Assembly (NCBI GenBank): GCA_023205875.1
Contig: CP060772.1
Span: 186,001-250,000, forward strand
Reading direction: 5' to 3'
From: Chloropicon primus
Lineage: Eukaryota
Length of the DNA: 64,000 nt
Each line of letters begins with the position of its first letter. Position 1 is the first letter of the stretch. The notes under the pieces are model-generated. The model searched no databases. It worked only from the letters and a program-made list of their open reading frames with translations, and was not told the origin of the DNA. The translations under genes and the position numbers were made by a program. Positions 20,061 to 30,958 of this stretch are shown in pieces.

Positions 20061-20959
20061 GATGGCAAGCAACAGTCCGCTGGCGGAAGGAACAAAAGGG
20101 TCATCGGGAGCGGAGGTATCGGAGACCGTTTCGAAGGCGAGCGGATTCAAGCCAACCCCTCAAGAGAGCTTCGACGTGGAAGTTCGCGATCCAGCAAAGG
20201 CAGCTGCAGTGACCGAGATGGCCAAGGATCCAGAGATGCTGCCGGAAACGGTGGGCGGCGACAAGAAGCCCAAGGGCAAGCGCATTGTAAGCTCTCGAAG
20301 GACGACCTCCCTCTCCGTCTCTGTTGGAAGGCGAAGAAAATGTTCACTGAACTCACGCTTACTGCGCTCTTCGATGTCGCGAACAGGGAATGAAGGTGTT
20401 GGCGTGGGGTTGCTACGGAGGCAGTGGCGTCCCAGCTCTGATCTTCGTGATCCTTTGCTTCTACACCTGGCAGGAGTTCAACCAGCTTCAGGACAAAGTG
20501 AAGACCGTCCAGTACGTTCCTGGAGACTTGCCAAGCAACGCGACGAGCGGTGTGCAGAATGGAGCCGTTCTGATCGATATTGACGGCCTGTCCAACATCT
20601 TCCAGGGCGCTGCGGTGAACGGAGCCGTCGTTCTTGTCGCTGTCGTCATATACTACGTCGCTAGCGCGAGCCTGTTGATGTGCTCCTGCGTTTCTCTCGC
20701 TCATCCCACGAAGAAACTGAACAGGGGAATCTGCATCGGCGGCGCCTTTTGGTTGATGTTCCTCACGCTGAACAGTGGGCTGCAGTTCACCTCCTTTCAG
20801 TCCTTGGTCACCTCCATGAGCAGGAACTACGACACTGAATTCAACACCGACATCTTGGCTTCCACCGCAGCTTTTGGCTACATCTCCGCGATAAGCTTTC
20901 TTCTCTTGAGCATGGCATTCTTCTTCTGGAAAGAGAAAGTTGTGACTGTTCATCACTAG
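20061..20959 (+). CDS. Multi-pass membrane protein (about 4 TM); exons 20061-20286 and 20387-20959
   Basis: GTAAG...AACAG intron joins a hydrophilic N-terminus in frame to a 189-aa hydrophobic ORF. Confidence 0.72.
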
Positions 20960-21141
20960 CCACTGGGCGGGCGGGCGGACCCCTCTTCGTCTAAAACAAG
21001 CTCTTTTTACATTACGTCTGTTAGGCGCCGATGCACCTTGTCGCCTAAAAGGGTTCGAGCCCAGCAACTCTGGCGCTCGCCTCGCCAGCCGGCTCCACCA
21101 AAGCAGGCAATTCTCCCCGCCGCCCCCGCCTCAACCACCTT

Positions 21142-22118
21142 TCAGGAAGTGCAAAACGTTTTCAACGTCTCGTCCACGAGCATGTTTGGCTTCTGAGAAG
21201 ATCCGCTCGGCGCTGCGCTATCGCCTTGAGCGTTGGCGATGAACAACACTTTTGGCAAAAACCTCTGAAGCTCCAGAACTGTCGCTTTCTCGGCATCGAT
21301 GTGAATTCCTGGCTCGATCTGCCTCGCTATGCTGATCTTGCTCACGTGCTTCTCGCAGAACAGGGCGTGGTGACCCTTCACCAACCCACCTGAGCCAACG
21401 ATGCCGCTGGCTTGGAGCGTCTTTCTCACGTTCTCCTCGCTGGCGTCATCGAACACTTGCGTGATCAGGAAGACTTCCCCAAAATATGAGATGGACTCGA
21501 CCAGGTCTTTCGCGAGTGGGACGAGTGTGGCAGAAGACTTCAGCTGGTGGCACTCCTTCTCCTCGAAGAGAACCCCGCAAGTCGATATTGTGACACGCCT
21601 CCCGGTCAAGAGGCTACCCACCCCAGACTCGGGAGAGACTTTCCGTTTGAAGGTCTCGTGGTACCGGCGCACTTCGGGCCTCACCCGATCCCAAAATTCC
21701 TTCGAGTGCCCCTTGCCCTGATGGGTTCCGCTGGACCTTCCTCCCCCACCTGACCTGTTGCCCTCGCTCCTCCCTCCCCCGCGCTCGCCACCGCTGTTCC
21801 TGTCACCCTCCGCTGCCCTATTCGCCGCGCTGCGTTGCATGGTTTCAAGAAGGCGAGAGGCAGAGAAGAAGCAAGAGCGCAAAAACATACACACACAAGT
21901 CGCTCGTCAGTACCACGGCAGCTTGCTGATGCCCCTTCCGCCATCAGTGGTCCCAGGAGAAGATACCCGGCCGGGTAAACGAGGAAGGTTTGGGGGTGGA
22001 GGTTGACTCACCTCGACGACGACGACGTTGGCAAAAAGGGTTCCAAGAGTTTCGTCACCAAAAAATAAGTCAGAGCTAATGCCAAAGTTGATGTCCAGAT
22101 GAGGACGACGGGATCCAT
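21142..22118 (-). CDS. PEX22: Peroxin-22-like (plant type); exons 22118-22012 and 21829-21142
   Basis: Exon 1 MDPVVLIWTSTLALALTYFLV is an N-terminal TM anchor; C-terminal RRVTIST.GVL, DDASEENV, GGLVK, FC...ARQIEPGIHID match plant PEX22 as recalled. Confidence 0.8.
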
Positions 22119-23171
22119 TCCTTGCGCCAACCTGTACAAGGCAATGGCGTACTTCTCCAATGTGGACTCCATGACTCTGACAAGACACCTTCAGATCTTT
22201 CCCTCGGGCTCTCACGATTCAATCCAGCAAAACAAAACGTCGTGCGACCACACAATCGAAAGATCGCGAGTTGTATCTTCCTCCAGTCCCGACCTCGAGT
22301 CCAATCCCGGCCTTTGACGCGGCCACCTTCCTCCCTCCAATGGCCTCAGTCTCGAGCTCAGCTCCCTTGTTTTCTCTTGATCCCGGTTGTTCTCCGAGGA
22401 TCCGGCAAGGAAACACGTCAAGTCGCACGTCGATGGAAAGATCTTGAGTTCTAGTTTCGTTTGATCACGAGATCTTTCCCCTCCTCGAGCTCCTTCGCAC
22501 TCCTAGGCCTCTCCCAAACTCGTCGCTTCCTTCCCTTCCCCCTTTCGTGTGTCGAGAGAGAGAGAGAGAGAGAGAAATGAGACTCTCTCTCCCACGAAAC
22601 GTAACGCTTTTGAGGTCATAACGGGTGAGTTTGGGATGAGGTGGACAACGGGAGAGGGAGAAGACGGGGGAGTGGGCGGCGTGGAGCGAATCCTTGTGTC
22701 TTGGTCTTTCGAAAGAGCCCTTCCTTGAAAAGATTGACGCTCTGGTGAGGACAGGAGCGTAGACTGAAACGAGCTCTTTCCGTCCTGTTTTCCTGGTTTC
22801 ATGGATGCTAGTTGGAGAGGTGAGTGAGCGAGGGGAGGGGCGCCAGTGGCGAGGAGGCGGGTGACGGGTGGGTTCGTCGCATTCTCCTCTTTCGAAAGAG
22901 CCGCCACTCGTCGCGTTCTGTCGAGGATGACGACTGAGACCGCAAGTTCAAGGAGGTTTGCCCCCTGGCGAGATGGATGGTTGTCGAGGAGGAGTGGCGC
23001 ACACTTCTGGCTCACACAGGCGGACTGAGGGAAGGCATCGAGTCTGAAACGTTTTCTCTTCCCTCCAGCACTTGTTCTTTCTGTGTTTTTCGTTTTTGGC
23101 TCTGCGTTTTTCTGTGGTCGCGCTCGTGCGTAGTGCTCGACGGCGTCGGAGCTCGCGAGGGTCTTGTCATC

Positions 23172-23999
23172 ATGAGCAAGGTTGGGATGGAGCCCGAGAG
23201 AGGGGCCGAGCGGCATTATGGGTGCAAAAGTGTTTTGCCGTCCTTCGTGCCCCAGTTCGTAAGGCTCGTCATCTGCATGGCGTGGATGATGGTCTGCGTT
23301 GCTCTGGTTCTAGTGGTGGCGCCGCTCCTGCTGCCGAAGAGGAGGTGGAGAGCCTGCATCGTGAAGGTGTTCATGGTCCTCTTCGCTCCCGTCGTGTACG
23401 CGGTATATGGGATCCGGCTTCGAGTGACGGGCATGGAAAACAGAGGGTCCCTCGCGAGAAGGGAGCCGGTGGTCTACCTCGCGAACCATTCCTCGACGCT
23501 TGACGTTGTCACATGCTCAAGGGTCACGAGCACGGGAACCATCGCCATCGTGAAGAAGGAGCTTTTGGTCCATCCCATCGGTTGGATCGCTTGGCTGAAC
23601 GGGACTATCTTCATCGACAGAAGCAGCCGGGAGAAGGCCATCAAATCAGTCAATTCCATTTCAGGCTTGCTTAGAAAGCACGGACTTAGCGTTTGCGTGT
23701 TCCCAGAAGGAACAAGGTCGAAGGACGGGCGGCTCCAGCCGTTCAAGAAAGGGGCAATGCACCTGGCAATGCAAAGCAAGGTTCCTATCGTTCCGGTTGT
23801 AGTCACGGGTGCTCACAAGCTCTGGGGCAGGAAAGGGTGGGGGGTGAAGTGTGATGGCGATCCAATTGAAATCAAGTTCCTTCCCGCCATAGACACCAGC
23901 GGCTGGACTCCGGAGAGTCTCGCCAAGCATACCGAGGACCTCCACGCCCTCTTCATCAGACACCTTCCTGAAGATCAGCGGCCTCTGAAGGGAGAATAA
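23172..23999 (+). CDS. 1-acyl-sn-glycerol-3-phosphate acyltransferase (LPAAT, PlsC family)
   Basis: NHSSTLD, FIDR, FPEGTRS, PFKKGA, PIVPVV acyltransferase motifs; start chosen at ATG 23172. Confidence 0.92.
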   Translation: MSKVGMEPERGAERHYGCKSVLPSFVPQFVRLVICMAWMMVCVALVLVVAPLLLPKRRWRACIVKVFMVLFAPVVYAVYGIRLRVTGMENRGSLARREPVVYLANHSSTLDVVTCSRVTSTGTIAIVKKELLVHPIGWIAWLNGTIFIDRSSREKAIKSVNSISGLLRKHGLSVCVFPEGTRSKDGRLQPFKKGAMHLAMQSKVPIVPVVVTGAHKLWGRKGWGVKCDGDPIEIKFLPAIDTSGWTPESLAKHTEDLHALFIRHLPEDQRPLKGE

Positions 24000-24124
24000 T
24001 AACGTCAAGGATGGGAAAGACAAATACCAACAAGAAGCTTCATGCTGTCGATACACGCACACACACACACACACACACAAAAAAATACATACACTTAAAG
24101 TCTTCTCCCCACCGCCGGTCAACG

Positions 24125-27100
24125 TCATTCGCAGCTCATTCTCGCCTTCTCAAAGAGCAAGTCAATGCCGCGGGAACTTTTGTCGTGTCGTGGCAAGTCC
24201 ACCAAACCAGATCCACCGTAAAGGTGCAGGATGCTTCTGGTGCATGCGTGCTTGCCCAGGGAGCACACGTGGCTCAGGCACTCCGCAACTTTGGTGCGCC
24301 CATCGGGGTGGCTGCTCTCCGTGAGTCGAAGGATCTCCTTGCTGGTGAGCAGCAACGCCTCAAACGAAGTGAGGGATCTTTCTCTCAGAGTGTTCCCGTC
24401 GTATTCGGTCGCCATGCCCTTGATGTAATGCAAGCACAGCTGCAGGGCCTTCATCTTCTCGTACGAGTACAAGCCCCAGATCTGCTCTTCCTTGCGTCCG
24501 GCGTAACTCAGTATTTGTGGCACCCTGGCAAGGAGTCCTCGTTGGCAAACAAAATTGAAGATCTCGTTCTTGTCCTCACTTGTCAGCTTGCTCTCCACCG
24601 CAGACAAGTAGCTTGAAAAGTGACTTCCCTCCAATTCGATCTTGAGCTGGTCTCGCAAGCCGATGACATCCACGGCGAAGACTTGGTCGTGTTCCGAGGT
24701 GCACCAGATTGTCCCGCCGGGCGAGTAAGACAGCATGGAAAACTTTCCATTGCACAGCGCCGAGATGGAGGCGCTGAAGTCAGGAAGATCGCCCGTGAGG
24801 GATTTGTACGCAATCAGTCCAAGCGTACTCTGCATCTTGCGCGGCATCGTGTCCGACTGCAACGGCTTTGGGATTGCTGCACTGGAGAGAAACGCCGCAA
24901 AAATGGCATCCTGAGTGTTGACGAACAGGCATTCGCCTTCCCAAAGGCACCCCAGTGCGCCCTTGACACCGAGACTCCCGATGTAAGACATCGTGCCAGC
25001 CTGCGATGCCAGGATCAGCAAAGTGTTGCTGTAGCCGATCGCACAGAATTGGATTGCTGTCGAGCTTCCTGACTGAGGTTGGGACCATTCCATGAACGAG
25101 TATCCTGGCAAGTCAACCCCGTTCAAGTTGGTTCCCGACGCCCAAGGCCTCCGTTGTTCCCAAGAGACGAATTCTAGGTTTTCTTTGCCGTCGCGTCGCG
25201 TCACCACCGCGAGGCAGGGCCCGCTTCCCAAAGACAGGATCTCCCCATTTGCTTCCCCATCACCGATCACTTCGATCTGCTTCGAGTCTGTGTTGATGCT
25301 TAGGAATCGGATGCCTGGACCGAATTCAGTGGAGCAGCACACGCACAGGTTTCTCTCCTCCTTTTGGTTCCACGCGAGGTCCTTCACCTTCCCGAGCGAG
25401 TGGTCTATCTGAAGCAGACCATTCCCACAAACTTCGTACAGGAAGAGCTCATCCCTCGAAGAAAGGACGGAGAGGAACTTCCTGCGTGCCGAGAATTCCA
25501 TTTTTGCGTTCCTGTCCAGGTCCCTGACGGGGTTTGGGAAAACGCTTTGGATCCTTCTCATCCCCGAATGAATCTTCCCTCGCCGTCCGCCACCCTGCGG
25601 CGGAGGCGCTTGGCACGTAATGTGCTCAAGCGCCAGCCGGTCGCCATGGTTGGTCTTCAAGGCGATCAAGTCAGTCGCGTTTTGGGAGATCAGCAGAGGC
25701 CTCGGCTTCATCTCAAACCTTGTCGCTAGCGTCGTCAAGCCCAGACTTGTCCCGATCGCAAGCCCTCCAAAGCTTCCGTTTCTGCACAAGCAGTGAATCT
25801 TCAACTCCTCCACTTTGCCGCCCTTTGTTCTCCTTGACGGGCACCCGTCACCACCAGCAGCAGCAGCAGCAGCAGCGCTCTCCTTCCTGAGGTGCTTCTC
25901 CAACTCGAACGGCGGCAGACTCTCCAGCTCCGCCTTTTGTCCATCGATGCTGATCCTCGAGAACTGCAGCTGTTGCTGGCCGCTTCTTTGTTTCGAGGTG
26001 ATGGTGAAGCCAAAGACGTCGTCGGTTACAAACTCGCATCGGAAACTGATTTTCTTCTCCTTTGCAAAGTTCACCGTGGAAAACTTCAACGATGCGATGA
26101 TCGTCTGCGCTTGCTGCGCACCTTTCCCAAGCACAAGCCTTCCTCGCTCATCGACACATCGAATGATGTTCAAGTTACCGTCCTGGGTGAAAGCGTAGAC
26201 GTGCCACGGGGCGTAAAGCGTCGAGTCAAACGATTCCACGTTCCCGTCATCTGCCTCGGCACCTCGATGTGGAGCACCCTGCCAAGGCGAGCGCTTGACG
26301 TGACAGCTAAAGAGTCCACACTTGCCAACATGAAAGGCGCTGGAGGGTCTTACACCAAGTGGCTGTGTCCTTTTGGCCTGCAGCTGCTCCGAAGTCAGCA
26401 GCCAGGAGCAGATGTTTCCATCACTCGCCGCAGCGAAGAGAGCGAACGACATATCCTTGCCAGACGCCATAGTGCTCAGCACCGATGTTGCCGGAACGAA
26501 TGCCGCATCACAGAGCATGTTAGGGACACTTCCCTTGGCAAAGTCAAGGTAAAACGTCACATCCAGGGTCTCACAATCAATGACCTTCACCGAGGAGTCA
26601 CTGCAGCCCACTATCGCGTGGTTTGCTCCCAACTTCACTTGTTGTTCCTTCCCCGTGACCTCAGGCAAACGAGTGAGACCCAAAGAGGCAAGAGATTTGC
26701 TGGTTCCCATGCTCTTGTTCGACATCAATCGCATCCTTGTCTTGCCGATGGGCAAACTTGGTGGTCCACTCGTTCCCAAACGCTTGTCACTGATGAAGCA
26801 GACCTCTGCCTCCGTCAGGACCACAACCTCTGAGAAGATCTCTTCCTTGCCAATCTTGTTCTTCTTCTTTGTCAAATCGTAGAGACCGAGCCCCTTGAAG
26901 GATGTAGATGTCTTGAAGACTTTGTTGTCAAGCGATGGCAAGCTCAAAGCCATCACCTTGGACATGGTCAGACCATCCCAACATAGGACCTGGGCATCCC
27001 TTGTGACACAAGTGATAAGTATCCTCCCGCAGGATCTCTTGTGAACGGAGCAAAGTTTTGGTTGGATGGATGGAGGAATGATGGATGATGCGCTCGAGGC

Positions 27101-27511
27101 TTCATCGCCATCACCTCGGCATCTGCAACACGTCTGCACCGTCGTGATGTTGTCCATGGTGGTTGCCTCTGCCTTCGTTGCCCTTGGCCTCCTACCTTTG
27201 GTGAATGAAGAGAGAGAGAGAAGAGAGGGAGGGAGAGAGAGAGAGAGGGAGGGAGAGTCATCATCATCATCAACAACAGCAAGAGGTGGTGGTGATGGAT
27301 TGGATTGTGTTCTCTTCCTCCTCTTCCTCTTCTCGTTCCAAAGGAGAAGAGCCGACTCAATTGTTGGTGGGATGGAGGAGGAAGGTGGTTGAACGATGAG
27401 GGAAAGGTCGTGGTGGCAATGAAGGTGGATGGAAAGCAATGGCAGGAGAGTATACACCTTGGAAACCACGACTGGCTTCAAGTTCACGCGGTGGAGGAGC
27501 TTAGAAAACAT
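24125..27511 (-). CDS. Large beta-propeller protein resembling TSET/TPLATE subunit TWD40-2 (TTRAY); 5' structure uncertain, probable intron over ~27190-27457
   Basis: 1128-aa ORF; 'KFLSV...LYEV...KDLAWN' and 'FVSWE...FCAIGYS...YIGSLGV..ALGCLW...LFVNT' resemble TWD40-2; microsatellite-rich 5' part looks intronic. Confidence 0.6.
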   Translation of the reverse strand: MFSKLLHRVNLKPVVVSKVYTLLPLLSIHLHCHHDLSLIVQPPSSSIPPTIESALLLWNEKRKRRKRTQSNPSPPPLAVVDDDDDSPSLSLSLPPSLLSLSSFTKGRRPRATKAEATTMDNITTVQTCCRCRGDGDEASSASSIIPPSIQPKLCSVHKRSCGRILITCVTRDAQVLCWDGLTMSKVMALSLPSLDNKVFKTSTSFKGLGLYDLTKKKNKIGKEEIFSEVVVLTEAEVCFISDKRLGTSGPPSLPIGKTRMRLMSNKSMGTSKSLASLGLTRLPEVTGKEQQVKLGANHAIVGCSDSSVKVIDCETLDVTFYLDFAKGSVPNMLCDAAFVPATSVLSTMASGKDMSFALFAAASDGNICSWLLTSEQLQAKRTQPLGVRPSSAFHVGKCGLFSCHVKRSPWQGAPHRGAEADDGNVESFDSTLYAPWHVYAFTQDGNLNIIRCVDERGRLVLGKGAQQAQTIIASLKFSTVNFAKEKKISFRCEFVTDDVFGFTITSKQRSGQQQLQFSRISIDGQKAELESLPPFELEKHLRKESAAAAAAAGGDGCPSRRTKGGKVEELKIHCLCRNGSFGGLAIGTSLGLTTLATRFEMKPRPLLISQNATDLIALKTNHGDRLALEHITCQAPPPQGGGRRGKIHSGMRRIQSVFPNPVRDLDRNAKMEFSARRKFLSVLSSRDELFLYEVCGNGLLQIDHSLGKVKDLAWNQKEERNLCVCCSTEFGPGIRFLSINTDSKQIEVIGDGEANGEILSLGSGPCLAVVTRRDGKENLEFVSWEQRRPWASGTNLNGVDLPGYSFMEWSQPQSGSSTAIQFCAIGYSNTLLILASQAGTMSYIGSLGVKGALGCLWEGECLFVNTQDAIFAAFLSSAAIPKPLQSDTMPRKMQSTLGLIAYKSLTGDLPDFSASISALCNGKFSMLSYSPGGTIWCTSEHDQVFAVDVIGLRDQLKIELEGSHFSSYLSAVESKLTSEDKNEIFNFVCQRGLLARVPQILSYAGRKEEQIWGLYSYEKMKALQLCLHYIKGMATEYDGNTLRERSLTSFEALLLTSKEILRLTESSHPDGRTKVAECLSHVCSLGKHACTRSILHLYGGSGLVDLPRHDKSSRGIDLLFEKARMSCE

Positions 27512-27596
27512 GATATCTATTTATGACTTACAAAGAGTAATCCCTTTGACGGGGAAAAACAAAGTAATCTCATAACGTTCTTCGTCTCGTCTCGAC

Positions 27597-29189
27597 TTAG
27601 AGTTCGTCGTGAATCTCATCACCCATCTTCTCCATGTATGCCTTGATCTTCTCGATCTTTGCCTCTATGGCCTCAATACCGTACACGGACGTCAGCTCCT
27701 CCTTAACCAAGTCCGTCTTTGGGTTGGCCAGCTTGCACTCGATGATCACAAAGTTGCTGAACTCCTTCATCTCGTCGAGCTTGTTGATCTGGGCGTTAAG
27801 ACTGTAAGCAGACTTTGGCTGCATCTGGAAGTATGGGAACACGATATCCTCTCCCTTTTTCACGAAGTACGTCTGGATCTTCTTGGCGATTCTGAAAGCC
27901 TTTGCCTTCTCCTTGTCCGTGGCGCCGTACACGATCTTGATGAACACAGAAGTTGGGCTGGCGTCCTTCAACAGGTGCAGAGAGTAGACGGCCGAACCCG
28001 TCAAACGCTTCTCATCGATGATGCCAGGTGCAGGTGGCAGAGTGTGGTCATTAAGGAAAGTGATGATCTCTTCGGCGGTCCTCAGATCCCTTGGGATCAG
28101 CGTGGCCGTTTTATCGACGATCCTCCAGTACACCATGTCTCCGTGCTGGACTTGAACGTCGTTGCCGTTGACGTCCTTGGTCTCCAAGATCGCAGCGTGC
28201 TCCAAGTTGTGGGTGTGGTACATGTAGTACTCCATGAACTGGAACTGGATGAAGTCGTACAAGTTGTTCATCCTCTCGGAACCGCCGGAGAAGACGACTC
28301 TGTTTCCGACCCTCTTGTACTCGTTCTCCTTTGGGAAGTTGAAAATATGGTAGTCAGCGGTCAGCTTGTCGGTCATAATGTTGTCCAAGCCCTCCTGAGT
28401 GATGCCACCAGTTGTGTTGAACTTTTCCATGGCCTCATCATGCTCAAGAATCCTGGAGCTCCTTGGTTCGGTCAACCAATCCAAGTCCTCGATCAGCTCC
28501 ACCGCTGACCCTCTGAGCGGAAGCCTCAACTGGTTCTCCCACTTTCCACCCGCAAAGAAGTAGATGCTGGCCTGGATGCCTGTTGGGTAGATGTTGTGCT
28601 CCATAAACTTGTCGTACAATGCCTTGAGCTCTGGCGTAGCATGCTTCTTGTTCACCATATTGATCTCGACGCGCCTGAAAGTCATCTGCTTTCCCGTTTC
28701 CTTCTCAAACAACTTGGCTGTCTTGGACCAGAACCGCTTCACGTCAAACCTCTGGTAATCGCTGTCAGTGTGGTAAAAGAAGATCCCAAGAGGGATCCCA
28801 GTCTTCCCAGTGTCCTCGATGTAACCGTCGACCTCCTCTGCTTGGATCTCAGGAACGTAAATATCCTTCCAAGGTCTTTGCTTCCAGTCGGGCATCTTCT
28901 CGGTAAAAACTTGCATTGGAATTTTGTTGGTGTCGTACTGGAAGTAAAGGTCCTCTCCAGCAAGAAGTCCTCCGGCTCCTACAACCGTCTCCCCTTCAAC
29001 TTCTCCATCATCAAGGAAGATGAAACCGATGAAACCGATGACCAAGACGAGCAAGAACAACATGGCTTTCACACAAGTGTTCATCCCTTTCTTCTTCTCC
29101 ATCTTGTTGTTTCCTTTTCCTCCTGCTGCATCTTTGGATCCTTCTTCAGGTTTCCCTTTTCCTCCGGCTGCCCTTTTCTGCAATGCCAT
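27597..29189 (-). CDS. ER protein with N-terminal TM anchor and C-terminal HDEL
   Basis: Long ORF; basic N-terminus, hydrophobic AMLFLLVLVIGFIGFIFL, ends IHDEL*. Confidence 0.8.
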   Translation of the reverse strand: MALQKRAAGGKGKPEEGSKDAAGGKGNNKMEKKKGMNTCVKAMLFLLVLVIGFIGFIFLDDGEVEGETVVGAGGLLAGEDLYFQYDTNKIPMQVFTEKMPDWKQRPWKDIYVPEIQAEEVDGYIEDTGKTGIPLGIFFYHTDSDYQRFDVKRFWSKTAKLFEKETGKQMTFRRVEINMVNKKHATPELKALYDKFMEHNIYPTGIQASIYFFAGGKWENQLRLPLRGSAVELIEDLDWLTEPRSSRILEHDEAMEKFNTTGGITQEGLDNIMTDKLTADYHIFNFPKENEYKRVGNRVVFSGGSERMNNLYDFIQFQFMEYYMYHTHNLEHAAILETKDVNGNDVQVQHGDMVYWRIVDKTATLIPRDLRTAEEIITFLNDHTLPPAPGIIDEKRLTGSAVYSLHLLKDASPTSVFIKIVYGATDKEKAKAFRIAKKIQTYFVKKGEDIVFPYFQMQPKSAYSLNAQINKLDEMKEFSNFVIIECKLANPKTDLVKEELTSVYGIEAIEAKIEKIKAYMEKMGDEIHDEL

Positions 29190-29232
29190 CCTTCTCGGAG
29201 TCTCTGGAACGATTCTTTCTCTTAAAGATTGA

Positions 29233-29332
29233 ACCAATCAATCAATCAATCAATCAACCAATCAACCAATCAACCAATCAACCAACCAATCAAGGAAAGG
29301 AAAAGATCTCTCTCTCTCTCTCCCTCTCTCTC

Positions 29333-29373
<41 letters not shown>

Positions 29374-29375
29374 GT
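29233..29375. repeat. (TCAA/CCAA)n and (CT)n microsatellites
   Basis: Seen directly. Confidence 0.85.
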
Positions 29376-30376
29376 GTGCGTGTTCAATGAAGCTGATGAA
29401 GCAAGGCAATGCAATGCTTGAGTTGTGGAGCCAAACGACTGATACAAATCAAATGGTTTGAGAGGACAGCTACTCCGTGTCTTTGACTAGGCGGTTGGTG
29501 ATGGATCAAAAAGGGAGAGGATGGTTGTAGTGAACTTTTCAAGAGACAGAGATAATGTGTTCTAATCTCTGGCCCCCCGGAGTTCTCTCTAATCCTCTCA
29601 CTCCCCTCTCTCTTGGCTGCTGCTGCTGCTGGCTGCTGTCTCTGGCGTCAAAGGCCACTGGAGTTCCTCCTTCCCTCGTTGCTTTGTCCCTCCTCAACCC
29701 TATTTTCACGATTTCATCGAGAGGCATTACACATGGAAGCCGTGGGACCACAAAAAAAGGTGGTCCCAAGAAGGGAAAACTACTTCGAAACCGTCTTCAA
29801 GAGGAACGTTCTCGTGGAACGCCGTACGATGAAAATGTCCTGGGGATAGAAGCGTTCTTCAGAAGGAGTTACTTTATGTGGAGACGCGTTCGATGGAATC
29901 GACGGGAGACGTTCTTTGTAGAACAAGTGACGTCGTTGGATGAACGCTCAACGCGAAGAGAGAACCACCTCATCAGGAGGTGGTTGCCCTCCGTCATTCG
30001 TCCGTAAAAAACAAACCCTACTCTCGAGAGGACGGGAATAAGCCTAAGGCTTTGTCTTGCGGTTTCCTTAAAGTAAAGCAATTCCTTCCCTCCCTCCTTC
30101 CTTCCTTCCTTCCTTCTCTCTTCGCGAACCCTCTTCATTCTCCTCCTCTCTCTCTCTTCTCTCTTCCTTCTCTCTCTCTCTCTCTCAGACCTTTTCCTTT
30201 TGTCTTTTGTCTCTTGGAGTTGCTCATTTGCTCATCAGCTTTGTCTTCCGTCTCTCGATGAGAGAGAGAGGAAGAGAGGAAGGAAGAGAGGAAGGAAGGA
30301 ACCAGTCCATTCGCTCCGCTTCGCACCTGAACTCCTCCTCCTCCCCCCCTCTCCCTCTCCTCCTCCTCCAAGGCTT

Positions 30377-30476
30377 CTCGTTCTCCTTCACTATAAAGTC
30401 AATCGCGTCAAGCGAGGGCTCGATAGAAAGCCAAGACGATGAAGCTTCCATCTAAATCGCTTCCCGCTCCCTCACT
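30377..30476. repeat. Dispersed ~100-bp repeat, copy 2 (intergenic)
   Basis: Near-identical to 13297-13396. Confidence 0.85.
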
Positions 30477-30958
30477 TCCGTCCTTCACCGCCTGCCGCGC
30501 GCACAAAGGTTCTCTCCTCCTCTCCTCCTGGTGGTACACTGCTTTCCCGACCCCCTCCGGAGAAAAGGGGAAAAAGCCAGCAAGGACGAGGCGGCGAGGG
30601 CCAGAGCCACGGCAGGTGAGTTCGAGTCGAGATTGAGGAGGTAGGACGCGCAAGAGGTGGGGTGATGCTTAGATCATTGGAAGATTCTGGTCGCGCTCTT
30701 TCGATACGTACCTTTTTCGGAAGGAATGGCGTCATGTGGAGGACGCGGCGGACGAAAACGTCCCACTGAGAGTGACTGACGACCTTGTTTGATGGACACA
30801 ATACTCGCTCACTCAGGTGGAGTTCGCAGCGGAGGGGGGGGCGAGCAACCGGAGGAGAATCTGACGTAACATCCGGCTCGTTCTGTAACGCACGGGATTC
30901 ACGTTCTTTTTTTTTTTGTGTGCGTGTCGCAAGTTGTCGGAAACTGGCTCCCTAAACC

